From: Paraspadella gotoi
Lineage: Eukaryota; Animalia; Chaetognatha
Direction: 5' to 3'
DNA length: 64,000 nt
NCBI GenBank assembly: GCA_051294375.1
Contig: CM119271.1
Coordinates: 6,635,632-6,699,631 of the forward strand
The notes beneath the pieces are model-generated. The model made no database searches. It worked only from the letters and a program-made list of their open reading frames with translations, and was not told the origin of the DNA. Below are positions 23,455 through 34,628 of the stretch, one piece after another; within the stretch, counting starts at the first letter, position 1; every line of letters starts with the position of its first letter. The position numbers were made by a program, and so were the translations under genes.

Positions 23455-24177
23455 TCATTCTGCTTTGTGCTTTTTCTCTTTGTGTTTCTTCTCCTTATGT
23501 TTCTCTTTCTTATCCTTGTCCTTTTTCTTCTTGTGTTTTTTGCGATCCTGATCGCTGTTGTTCCCGTTGACGGGATCCAAATGTGTAGGGGGAATACCGA
23601 CCCCAACGGCCGCGCATCCAGGTTCAAGCCCCACTCGGTCCTTATCATACTTATTCTTCTTTAGCTTCTTTTTGGCCGGCGGCTGCATCATAAGCTGCCG
23701 ATATTGCTCCGGCAGCGGCCCAGGATGTAACCGAAAACCGGCCAACTGCGACACGGTAAGTTTTTCTATCTCCTTGCCAGTGATTGGCGGCTTCTCAATG
23801 ACGCTGCGCAACGAAGAGTTGTCGTTGTCCCCCACTGTGTCAACAATGCCCGGAAGGTTGGGCAAGAAGGACGAGAGCGGTTCTTTAACCTTTTTCCCGT
23901 TAAACTTTTGGTAGGCGTGCTCGAGGTTGTACTCGATGATGAGATTGCTTTGCCCGGTAACCTTTTCCTTCTCGGGAGGTTCTTTCAAAAGGTAAAAAGG
24001 CCCGCTATGGACCACGCTGGGGTTCTTCCCGAGAGAAATGTTGAGTTTGAGCGTTCCCGTAGAAGAGGGTTCGTTGCGGGCGACTGCGGGGCTGCGTGAC
24101 CCCCGGTCGGGGATGCCGCGAGGGCTCATTTTAGGCGGAGTTGCGTCGCGCGAACCGAAGTCTGGAGTGGCCATCAT
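23455..24177 (-). CDS. MED19: Mediator subunit 19, intronless
   Basis: SGPFYLLKE, TGQSNLIIEYNLEHAY, KKVKEPLSSFLPNLPG, DNSSLRSVIEKPPI, LAGFRLHPGPLPEQYR, Lys-rich tail. Confidence 0.96.
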   Translation of the reverse strand: MMATPDFGSRDATPPKMSPRGIPDRGSRSPAVARNEPSSTGTLKLNISLGKNPSVVHSGPFYLLKEPPEKEKVTGQSNLIIEYNLEHAYQKFNGKKVKEPLSSFLPNLPGIVDTVGDNDNSSLRSVIEKPPITGKEIEKLTVSQLAGFRLHPGPLPEQYRQLMMQPPAKKKLKKNKYDKDRVGLEPGCAAVGVGIPPTHLDPVNGNNSDQDRKKHKKKKDKDKKEKHKEKKHKEKKHKAE

Positions 24178-24455
24178 ATTTAACGATTAGTTCTTTTAAC
24201 GCCTGAATATAATTTTGCAAGATGCAAGCCATTAAATGAAACGAGAAAAGTAACAAGAGTGTAAAAACATCTTCAGAGACAATCATATTCTCGATATTTC
24301 TCGATCGGGACAATTAGTAATTAACCGCTCGCGAGTGATGATCGTGTGGAATCAGGGAAGGGAAAAGACTAAATAACAATAATTATAACAGGAGAGAAAT
24401 CAAAGATAAAACGCAACTTGAGTATAATTGTCGAAAAGTGGGGGGAGCAGAAAGG

Positions 24456-26525
24456 TCAATGACGCGTTTCTGTTTCTTTATGGAATTGGTTGTCGCTATC
24501 TTCGCTCGGGGTCTCGAAGGCGGGTCGCCCCATTGTCAAGGAAGTGACGTCGTTAATAACCATTTGCGCAATCTGCGTCGCCATCAACTCCTGAGCTTTG
24601 GCTTGGGACTCGTCGTGTACCAAGTTTTTGAAGGCTTTGGCAATGCGATTCGAGCTTTTCTTTTTCAGCGTGTCGGGGTGGCACCAAAGTTGAGAGCGAA
24701 AGTCGCCCATGTCGTCCACGCTACCGAAGATGAGTGGACCGGCGTTTCGCTTTTTACGCCAGAGGGCATCTGGATCGGCGTCGATACGCGACTCGGCGAT
24801 CATTTCTTTCACAGACTTTTGACCCTTGCTGCGAAAGTTGCGCTGAAAAAAGGACGAAAAAGAAGAATATTTTTATTGTTACTCTTAAAAAGTAAGAAAA
24901 GACGAAACAAATAAAACGATCAGCACCTTCACACTTCCCGAAGCCAGCAATGTGCTGCCAGTTTCTGAGCTGCTGGCATCGCTACCGCTCCTTGGCCGAT
25001 GGGCGCCGCTTGGTACGCCTCCCAACCTAACGCCATTGACGAGCTCGCTGAGCCAACGGTAGTAGATGGGGCTCCCTAGAAACGGGCGCAGGTATTCCCG
25101 ATCGAGGGCGCCAAGTACAAGCTCGACGGCAGGGTCGAAGCAGCAAGGATCAGGGACTCCGTCTTCGCGGCAGATGGCGGACTCTACCCGCAGGCGAACC
25201 GCGTCAGGAAATCCGAGACTCTCGGTCGCTTGTAGGGATAAGTATTTGTCGTAGATGACCATGGCGTCGGATAAGGCCTCGAGCGCTGCATCAGCGGAGC
25301 TCTGCGTTGCGGAATCAGTATCGGGAAGAGAGGTTTTGAGCGGACGAGAAAAATTCTCGGCCGCCAACCAAAACTGAAGCAGAGGTGTCGCGCCCTCGTT
25401 CTCCAAAAATTCCATCAAGTAAAACAAGGCGTTTTCGTGATAGAGGATATCGCTGAGGCGAACCTCGGCGCCTGTGAGAAGGGCGATCTGCAAAGGCCAA
25501 GAGGGGGGGGGGTTGGGCAAAGGTTTTGAAATTTATTTATTTAAAATTAATCCATCCCCACTTCAATGATTCAACTAAACAATAATAACAATTTACATAC
25601 TTATTCCGCAAGACTACCTGATATCTGACATGAAAGTCCGAAGCGAGAAATTCCGGATAGCGGTGTTCTATTTCGGCAAGCACGAGGCGTTGGGCTTCGG
25701 CAAAGCAACTCGGGTCGACGCGGCCGTCCTCGCCGCAAATGAGGCTCACCACGGCGTTGTGAGCGGATTCTGGGAGCGGAACGCGCTCAGCGGCAGTCGG
25801 GCTCACGTATTTTCGATAGATGGCAACGGCATCGGCCTCCACTAGTTTAGAGGCGCGGGAGACGGAAGAACAGTCTTTCACGAGATCATGTGCGGGCGGT
25901 GGCGGCAGCGGCGGTGCGATTCCGTTTATATCACAATGACTAGAAGTTTTAAAGCTGTAACCTCCGTTTTGCGTTGGGAAGGCCACCGTTTCGGAGGGTG
26001 TCTCTTCCGGCGACACGGAGGGATCTCTGCGTGAACTGTTTAAACGGCTGCGTAACCTCGTTCTGTAAAATAAAAGAAAAAAAAATAACTTCATCTAACA
26101 GAGAATAAAAGTGAAGGAACTGACTTGGCCGTCGTTCGGAAGCTCTCGACATCGAGCCAAAAACGCAAGAGGTGTCCCCAGCCTCCCGATTCGGAGAAGG
26201 CCAAAAGAGCGCGGGTGGCGACAGCGTCGGCGAGAGTCTCCGCCAAAGACATCGAGAGGCGGGACAAAGTCGGAAATTCTCGCTTCGCCGCCGCCACCGC
26301 GCGAAGGTTAAACCGCGGCAGCGGCGCCTCTGTAAACCCGTTTGATTTTGAACGGAGGCGGGCTAGAAGAAGATGAAACTATTAATGGAATCCTTAATAG
26401 AAAGAGAACGTATTTGCCTTACAATCATTTTGGCAAGCTTTGTTTGAAAGTGTGGAATTAGTGGGGCCGAGACGCTTCGGAATGTCTTCGTCTTTCGATG
26501 CTCTTCGTCGCTTGAAAAAGTTCAT
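24456..26525 (-). CDS. AKAP10: A-kinase anchor protein 10 (D-AKAP2; two RGS domains), multi-exon
   Basis: RFWLDVESF, DAVAIYRKY, YLMEFLE..LLQFWLAAENF, DAMVIYDKYLSLQATESLGF, PKA-binding helix AQELMATQIAQMVINDV. Confidence 0.92.
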
Positions 26526-26773
26526 CGTCGACGATCGCTGTCGTAACGCGACGATGGGCGGCGGCCCCTGCGCGATTTTACCGCGCCTGTCATCGAGGGC
26601 CCCCAAGCGTTGTATCCGCTTGAGCGAAAAATACGTTTAGCAAGGGAATTTCGTAAATACACTATAAAGGAATTTATTTGAGAAAATCCTCCGAAAAAAA
26701 TTTTAAAAGTATAGTGATCTCGCCAGTCGTTACGATCAAAAAAAATTAATGAAAAAATCCGAAAAAAAAAAGA

Positions 26774-27046
26774 ATGATTGATGCGATAACAAATTATTGA
26801 TGTAATAGTAATTTATTAATGTAATAATAATAAATAGATAAAATAGTAATTGATAAAATTACTATTTTAAATTAATTTAAAATAATAATTGATTGATATA
26901 ATAATAATTGATTAGTAATAAGATCACTAATTATTGATACGATGATAACCAAATATTGATGCAATAATAACTAAATGATTGATGCGATGATAACCAAATG
27001 ATTGATGCAATTATAGTCATTCATTAACGCGATGAGTCATTCATTG
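26774..27046. repeat. AT-rich minisatellite related to 7958-8770
   Basis: Same units attgatgcgatgataaccaaat / taatagtaattgat. Confidence 0.8.
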
Positions 27047-27379
27047 TAAATAAAACAAATGCATGTATTAGTAAGAAAGAAAAAAAAAAAAAAAAGAGTG
27101 AAAAAGAGAAGTCCAGCCGCAACAGAGCTGAATTCGTTTTTAGACGAATCAGAACAGGCAGCGATGGAAAAAAAGAGCGACATATAATTAAAAGAGAGAG
27201 AAAAAGTGATATATAATTAAAATGTAATTATAATTTTTTTAAATTTATAAATAAAACAAACAAATGCGTGTAGAAATATTGATGATTTTGATGATGTGAA
27301 ACTATCTAAATTTTTAGCTTCCTATGGTTACACACTTTTATAACGACAGACGGTCACAAAGAAGCAAAAGCGAACCAAG

Positions 27380-27417
27380 ATCTCGCCAAAGACGGGCATG
27401 AGCCCGTCTGGCGAGAT
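27380..27417. other. GC-rich inverted repeat (hairpin), possibly a transposon-derived terminal palindrome
   Basis: atctcgcc(aa)agacgggc-atga-gcccgtct-ggcgagat; the arms pair except for a small bulge. Confidence 0.6.
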
Positions 27418-28173
27418 AAAAAGATTCAGATTTACCGTTGTCGGGACGCCTCCCTCCGAAAGTGCTTCCGTCCATTCATCCAAAAGAAATCATTAGTGAA
27501 TATATAAACTCGTCTAAATCAGATAACGATTGAAAAAAGGTATCAACGACAGACAGCCAAAAAAGCAGTTTGGGAGAAAAATAAATAAAGAATAGATTTT
27601 TTTCCCTTGATTCAATTAAACTAAGGTATTTTTAAATTTTTCTTAATTTTACTACTGGAAGAAAACTACGTCTTATTTTGATCATATTACAGGTCACTGT
27701 CTTTCTAGATTTTTATAATATATGTTTTTAAAATATTGACTTTAGTTTAGTTGAATCAAAGGTTATCCAGTAATAACGAAGTACGACCACAAAAAAGTCA
27801 TAGCAATATTAATAATGATCGAGTCATTTTGTAAACGGTAGATGAAAAAAAATATGAATTTTTAATTATTACGAAACATTTACAATTGTTCATGGCAAAA
27901 AGTTCGTATTTTAATAAATTATCGCAAAAACGCCACAACTATCATGAATATCTTCTATACCCATTTTTCCTGAATCTCGATCTCGATTAATGAGATGGTC
28001 AGTTAGGTTTTTGAAAAATTTACAAACGTAAAAATTTAAAGATCCCAAACCAGCTCACATATTTTTTCATCCATAAATAGCAGAGGAGAAATGGGGCTGA
28101 GGCTTCTATCATAGCTTTGACCCCTTCACAATTCGAGAGTCTTCAGCTCCCTTCGATTTCAAAGGGCGGGAGA

Positions 28174-29010
28174 TCAACCGCGTATCTCGTCACCTCCATC
28201 GACCTCATCGAATTTCCGCTTGGCCTGGAAAGCCTCGAGACCCGGAGGGGGCGGGGTCACGGGTTGACCGCACAGCCGGGCACGAAAGATGGGCTCGTAC
28301 TCGACGAGCTGGTGGACAAAGTGCGTATTGGGGTTGACGCAGAACCTCTTGCTCTGCACGAACTGGAACGCAGTCTTGTAGTCGACCCCATACTTTTCCA
28401 TGACGTAGCCAATGACGATGGACGCCGATCGAGAAATACCCGCGTTTCCGTGAACCAACACCTTTCCCTTTATGAAATGAGGGATGTAACTGACCCAAAA
28501 TTTCTTAGGCCTCCGGCAAACCAAACACTACCTGAGACAATAGCGCCGCATCAATGAAGGCCCGAGTTTCTGGTAAAAATTTGATGATGTTTTGGTCGAA
28601 AGAGTCAGAAATGTCGAGGACCATGTATTTAAATTCGTGGGAGAAATTGGGCTTGATGATGTTGGACTCCATCACGTGACGTATGCAAATGACGTGAGTG
28701 ACACCGGCGGCCTAATTATTGGGTGGCAAAACTTCAATTGAAAGTTTTATCCGACTCATTTCAAAATCAGACGGCGTCTCAATGGAATCGTTTTGTTTTA
28801 TTTTGCCTTTAGACTTAACAATTCCTTACCATGACTTACTTTCATCGTTTCTAATTGGCTTTTACAGGCGCTCGCATAGGGACCGAGGTATATCCCGGGA
28901 CAAATTTCTTGCATCTGTCGCCGCATGACATAATTCCAATCCAAGTTGAGTTCATCGTCAGTTTTCGGCAAATTTTCAAAGACGGGTTGTTGCTCTTCCG
29001 GGTTGATCAT
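28174..29010 (-). CDS. STYX: STYX pseudophosphatase, 3 exons
   Basis: WNYVMRRQMQEICPGIYLGPYASA, and VLVHGNAGISRS with Gly replacing the catalytic Cys, which is diagnostic of STYX. Confidence 0.95.
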
Positions 29011-29104
29011 ATCAAAGAATCAGTTTACATCATTCGACTGCTTAGGGAAAAAAATCTCTAATAAAAAGCTTAAGATCGGAAAAAAAGAAAAAAACTAGGG
29101 AGGA

Positions 29105-30154
29105 TTAAGAGTCGACGCGCAACTCGTGCCAAAAGTCGATGAATTCCTTCTGGTACTTGAGCACGTAGTGTTGGCCAAAGGCCACGAACCCAGCCCCAAA
29201 GAGGGATCCCCCCAAATGCGAAGCGTGGTCAAAAAATTTCCAGCGAAGAAAGACGCCGGCGGTGTCAAAGGCGAACATGGTTCCAAGGGCGTACTTGGCG
29301 GCGATGGGAAACATAGGCAAAAATATGATGGCCAGCTTGGTGTCAGGGTACTGAGTGCAGACTGCCGCGGCGAGTCCAAGGATGGCGCCGGAAGCACCCA
29401 CGCTTATTGTTTTACTCCCGAGCGCCACTTTGTAAACGGAAGACGCCAAGGCAGAAACCATGCCCGCCGAGACGTACAACGCGACCGTCTGCTCTTTTCC
29501 AATTGCGTTGACGATGGAAGGAGCGAAGGACCACAGGCAAATCATGTTGATGGCAAGATGTACGAACGAAGTGTGAGAGAACATGTGGAGAAACATGGAC
29601 AGGCAAGGAGACTTGCCGAAAGGGCTGGAAGTGAAGTAGCGAGACATGACAGCCGGGTTTACCAAGCGCCACGCGACGAAAACGCCGAGGTTGACGACCG
29701 CGCAGCTCAGCGCCATCTTTTCACCGACGGATAGTTGATTCCACGATTCATTCATCCACTCTCGCCATGAGGGACTTTTCCTGTTAAAGTTGAAGAAGTC
29801 GCGGACGCTGTCCGGGACGCCGGGACGCAGAGAATTAGAAAATCGTTTCGCACGATCGCGTAAATCTTCGTATCTGTAGATGGCAGCGCCGGTGAAGGCG
29901 CAAAAGCAGGTGGCGCCCGTGAATAGCGTCGGCTTTAAGAGAGGACCACCTATAGGCTTTCCAGCAGAAGCGACGGGGAAAGAGTTTCTCTTTCTGAACT
30001 TAGACAATCCGGATTTGTTGTTGCCTCCCCGAGCGCCGAGAAAGCGAACCGGCGCCGAGATATTCACGCCAATTCGATTGCCAAAAGTCAAACTGTCGGC
30101 GGAAACGCGATTGAGGAAGAAAGGCCTCGCACAAGTCACGAATACATTATTCAT
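29105..30154 (-). CDS. PARL: Mitochondrial rhomboid protease PARL, intronless
   Basis: Basic N-terminal presequence, FSHTSFVHLAINM, catalytic GASG, FDHASHLGGSLFG. Confidence 0.95.
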   Translation of the reverse strand: MNNVFVTCARPFFLNRVSADSLTFGNRIGVNISAPVRFLGARGGNNKSGLSKFRKRNSFPVASAGKPIGGPLLKPTLFTGATCFCAFTGAAIYRYEDLRDRAKRFSNSLRPGVPDSVRDFFNFNRKSPSWREWMNESWNQLSVGEKMALSCAVVNLGVFVAWRLVNPAVMSRYFTSSPFGKSPCLSMFLHMFSHTSFVHLAINMICLWSFAPSIVNAIGKEQTVALYVSAGMVSALASSVYKVALGSKTISVGASGAILGLAAAVCTQYPDTKLAIIFLPMFPIAAKYALGTMFAFDTAGVFLRWKFFDHASHLGGSLFGAGFVAFGQHYVLKYQKEFIDFWHELRVDS

Positions 30155-31317
30155 CGTTCTACTAGAAAGTTCAATAATGAATTACTCAAAATCTAAAAAG
30201 CTAAAAATAAAACTGAAAAAATGTTAAAAATATAAAATGTAAACTGATATGGTTTGACAAGCATTGACCTGCAATGAAAAGAATAAGTTTAAAGCGTGTG
30301 AAATTGATTCAGTAATACGTATATCAACAGTAAAGAAAGAACCAAAAATTAGTATTAGTATTATTAATAGTAATTTATCCTTCCAACAAAGGGAAGAGTA
30401 ATCCTAAGCCAGAGGCGAAGCCACTTCACAAGTCTTCGATTGAGCTCATTGTAAGTGATGTTTCCTCCTCGTCCGCAGGGAGTAAATAAAAGGCAGAAAA
30501 TCGTGAAGAGTCGCGCCAGACGAGACGTCGTTGACAGAAAAAGTAAACCACGAAAATGACTAAAAGGCCGAGTAGAACTAGAAGAGAGAGGATAGAAGCG
30601 GACCCTCTCCAAGACGGATTAGACTTTTTATTTACACCTTATTTAAAAAAATGTTGCTTACCCTTATTACTTAATAAATTATCATTGATACTTACTTGAC
30701 AGGTGTTCCATTTTATCCAAATTTAATTGTAAAAAATAATTTGAAATACTTTTTCGAAATAATCTATAAAATAAATGAAAAAGGCCTGAAACGACTAAAC
30801 CACGAAATTTAACTAGCAGCTTTGAAATTGCTGCTGTAGCCGAATGCTATAACTTTAATAATGCAAAGTCAAGTTGGTGAAATATTTATAATTTAATGCA
30901 CCTAGAAAAATTTTAAAATATCTGTAAAGATTTTGTTATTTCATTTTATATGCGAGTGTTCCGAATTAACACTGTTCCGAATTACCCCGCACTACCCTAT
31001 ACTAATAAAGAGTATATGAATCTCCAAGGGAATATAGTTTTCTTGTTTGAATTTTTTTAAAGCGCGTCATAAACCTCATACTAATGGGTTTAACTTTGAA
31101 TCTATAAAATAAGTACAGGCACCGAAAATATTATTACTAATTCTATAATGTGATAGTGTTGCAATAAGATTAATCGCAATAAAAAAATTGACACAATGAC
31201 CATTTCTATAAATGGTTTTTGCTCTTCGCGCAAAATCAAATCATCTACTAAAATTTAAAAAAAACTTCAATATTCCATATTGAGCATGGAGATCATTTTT
31301 CCGTTCGAGTTATTCTC

Positions 31318-32688
31318 TCAACCTGAAACGTAGCCATAAGTCTCTCCGTCGTCAGTAGGGTGGGCAAGAGGCAAGGCGGCCTCCCCGTCATCATCGGGTG
31401 AAAAGCGTAGAGCTGAAAATCGTCGGTAGTCGGGTCGGGCGCCGCGACGCTGACGCACAAGGAAGAAGACGCAAGAGAAAAACAAGATGGCGACGAGTAG
31501 CGAGACCAAAAGGGAGAGAAAGAGGACGATGGTGTCACGACTCGGATCTTGCAGCAGCTCGCTTAAACCACCACCGTCGGAGGCACACTCCTTACTGCGA
31601 TCTACAGGAATGTTGTAAGACAGAATCCTCTTAAAACGCTTCAACGGACAACGTTCTTCACAGAATGGAATTTTGAGAAGCTTGGCCCGAGTCAAGTCGG
31701 GCTCTCCACCGCCGCGAAGAAAGTAGACGGCGACCGTGTAATCGGAGGGATCCTGAGAACCTTCCACTTTAGCGAAGAGTTCAACTAGGACAGTTGAAAA
31801 GTAATGAGGTTGAAGGTGGACTTGGAAAACGTTCAAGGCAGCGAGGAGAGACATCACGGTCGTGTCGTGGGCCGAATAAACGAACATTTTGTTAGTCACA
31901 TTATTCGCAATCTTATTTTCCATGTTGCGAATCATGGTGCCCAGTAGGGGTCCGCCGCCGAGTCTGACGAGCTTGTCGGTGCTCATGTAAAGTGTTGGAT
32001 CATAGCTTTCGTAGACAAAATTGAGAAAACCGAGAACAGTTTTATTTTTAGCGATCCATTCGGGAAGTAAATATTTGTGTTGACGGGCGCAATAAACTGT
32101 GTCTGCAATCCGTCCAATTCTTAAGGAGGCATTGCCACTGCGCTGAAGGATGTAGTCCATGATCGTACCATTCTCCGCCGTGTTGTTAATAGCAAAAGGC
32201 AAATTTTTTTCCGCCCAGGTTTTCTCTTTCCAAAAGGCGGGACAATCGCAGCCAGGCGAAAGGAGGTATCCCGCTTTGTCTACGTGAACTGGGACCGGTT
32301 GCCACAAGCGCCCAAGCTCGTTTGTTTCGTTCCATCGTTGCCATCCTTGAGGCGGGTAAAGTCCTGCCATGTTGGCCTGCGCGCTCATGATGGTGCGATC
32401 GACATCCGAGCTCATCACAGTTATTTCACTCGCTAAGTAAGTTTCGTTCAAGAAGTATTTATATTTTTTGCGTAGTTGCCTTCCCAACTGAAAGTGCTGC
32501 TCGATGCCTCGAGGCGTGAGGCAACCAAGTCCCATTGGCCAGTCAACGTCGGCGGGGCGAGGGTAGTTCGGGAAGAGTGCGATGGGACTGCGATCCCCAT
32601 GACGCCACAAAATCTGAGATAGAATTAACGTCTCTCCAGAGACGGAATCAACCAAGGCCCAAAAGAAAAGCACCGTTTGAACAATCAT
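31318..32688 (-). CDS. Lysosomal/prostatic-type histidine acid phosphatase, type I membrane, intronless
   Basis: Signal peptide, RHGDRSP and SAHDT motifs, SSDVDRTIMSA, C-terminal TM followed by DYRRF (YxxPhi sorting motif); ACP2/ACPP family. Confidence 0.92.
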   Translation of the reverse strand: MIVQTVLFFWALVDSVSGETLILSQILWRHGDRSPIALFPNYPRPADVDWPMGLGCLTPRGIEQHFQLGRQLRKKYKYFLNETYLASEITVMSSDVDRTIMSAQANMAGLYPPQGWQRWNETNELGRLWQPVPVHVDKAGYLLSPGCDCPAFWKEKTWAEKNLPFAINNTAENGTIMDYILQRSGNASLRIGRIADTVYCARQHKYLLPEWIAKNKTVLGFLNFVYESYDPTLYMSTDKLVRLGGGPLLGTMIRNMENKIANNVTNKMFVYSAHDTTVMSLLAALNVFQVHLQPHYFSTVLVELFAKVEGSQDPSDYTVAVYFLRGGGEPDLTRAKLLKIPFCEERCPLKRFKRILSYNIPVDRSKECASDGGGLSELLQDPSRDTIVLFLSLLVSLLVAILFFSCVFFLVRQRRGARPDYRRFSALRFSPDDDGEAALPLAHPTDDGETYGYVSG

Positions 32689-32914
32689 CGCATTTTCCGT
32701 TCTTAATAATCTGGAAGTCGGGGGAACGCAAATTTTTTACAACATGCAAAATTTCCATATTTTCCTTGGCTTGCACAACATCATAATAGTCAATAAATAC
32801 TTAGTAATTATTCAACCCATTGAACTTGAGAGATCTTTTTAAAATTCGATAATAAGTTTAATAACAAAAAAAAAAAAAAATGTAATAAAACCACAAAATT
32901 CCTAATGAATGGAG

Positions 32915-33107
32915 TGGGAGTGAATAAACGAGACAGAGAGAGTCTTGGTTGAAAGTGATGAGCGCAGGGACCTGCTATGTCATTATCTTGTAAGAGTGAT
33001 GGAGGCCTTAAACCACCAAAGCCTGTCAAAAGTCAGGGGCAAGATAGTTTATTTATTAAATCAATTCAAATGAATGGATAATTTTTATATTGGTTGTACT
33101 AATTTCA
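32915..33107. repeat. ~190-bp dispersed repeat, copy 1 (copy 2 at 43502-43682, same orientation)
   Basis: Shares cagggacctgctatgtcattatcttgtaagagtgatggaggccttaaaccaccaaagcc...gtcaggggcaagatag...ggataatttttatattggttgtactaatttca. Confidence 0.9.
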
Positions 33108-33294
33108 TAGAGTATTGCGACAAGGTTTCAGAACAAAAGTTCTCATAATAGAAATGAAAAATAACAAAATAAAAAGCTAATAAATTATCTAGAAAAGATA
33201 AAAACTAAATAACAATAACAAAAAGTGAATTGATTTTAATTGAAAAAAAAAAAAAAATCTTAATTCGGAAAGAATGAATCATACAGAAACGAAA

Positions 33295-34083
33295 TCATTC
33301 TTGCGCGAGTTGCAAGTCAGAGTAAAGAAAAATTCCGACGATGGCGAGGTTTGAACCGAAGGTGATGGCGATGATGACGAGGACTGTCCACACCATGAGG
33401 GAAACCGAGACCGCGCTGGGAACGAAATGGGCGTGGGACTCGGGCGCCGATGAACCGACACCGTCGTTGGCGCCTTTCGAGTACCGCGCCGACGACCCAA
33501 TTTCGCGAGAAAAAAGGTCAAAGTAGAAACACTGTCCGCTCGATCGCCGCTTGACCGAAAAGCTACGTCCCTCGCAGAATAGGCGACCTTCAAAGGAAAG
33601 ACCAAAGCTAATCGCTCAAATATGATTAAGTGATTTATCAAAAAAAAAAAAAAACCAAAAAACCTTACCAGTACTGTAAGCCTCTCGGATCCGTTTTCCG
33701 TCGGCCTCGGCGTCACCGCAGGCCTTGAGAAATCCATCGCAGACTTCCTCGCAAACGGTAAGTCTCTCTCGTCGATAAAAACGGTTTTGATCCGGCGAAC
33801 AGATGTAGCAGATGAGGTAGTTTAGCCACAATTGGCACTCTGGCGTGGCTCCCCGGAGGGGTTGTACCTGTCCGAAAGTAGCGTCGATTTCCTGTTGCAG
33901 GCAACAACTGCTATTGCGGTACCAGGTGCAGTTTTTAAGGTTGGGCACCGGCCGGGGGGCTCGGTTATTGAAGAAAGAACAGTACTGAGTTGGAACGGCG
34001 TCGGAAACGTCGGCGGAAGCGGCGGCGAAAGCCAACGACGCAAACGCCAAGATGGTCAACGTTGACAACCGAGTCAAACTCAT
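33295..34083 (-). CDS. Folate-receptor/riboflavin-binding (Folate_rec) domain membrane protein, 2 exons
   Basis: Signal peptide; Cys pattern YCSFF, CTWYRNSSCC, EC..WLNYLICYICSP, VCEEVCDGFLKAC; intron ~33588-33668; C-terminal hydrophobic anchor; stop at 33295. Confidence 0.8.
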
Positions 34084-34628
34084 TTGTTTTCTTTCTGTTC
34101 TCAAAACGACTGAAATAAATAACATCGCGTGTCAAGAATGGGTTAACATTCAAAGAGTTTTCTCACAAACTTTCGGTTTACTTAAGCAATATATCCTTTG
34201 CCCTATTCTGGTTTAACATAAATGAATAAAACTATAAAAGAAGAGGATAATTAAAATCTAGAGAGAAACTATAGCTATACCATGAGATCAATTATTTCGA
34301 AAAAGAAGGAAAATATTGAAACGTGTCCAAAAGTTGGTTCCTTCGTTCGAAACAGCGGAACGCATTTTTGAGTTATTATATGTCGGAATGACTATTTTTA
34401 ATAATAGGAATCAAAATATATTGGATATTAGGAAAAACTAAAAAAAAATTTGCACAAGATCATCTTTTCCAGTTAAGCATTCTGGATCCGGGCTCGCGAG
34501 TAAACATATTTCCGAGTCTACGAAAAAAAAGTTGAACTGGATTCGCTCATGGGGATTCGGGTTTCGGTTGATAAGGGATGAAAAATGGGGAAAAGAAAGA
34601 GAAGTTGATACGAAGAAGGTGGAAAATG

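Noticed and set aside
28400-28460. Missing catalytic Cys in a dual-specificity phosphatase as sign of a pseudogene
   Set aside because: HGNAGISRS is the normal STYX pseudophosphatase motif.
32915-33107. Dispersed repeat as SL RNA, snoRNA or hammerhead ribozyme
   Set aside because: No convincing leader-GT-Sm arrangement, no C/D boxes conserved in both copies and no CUGAUGA/GAAA core; left as an unclassified repeat.
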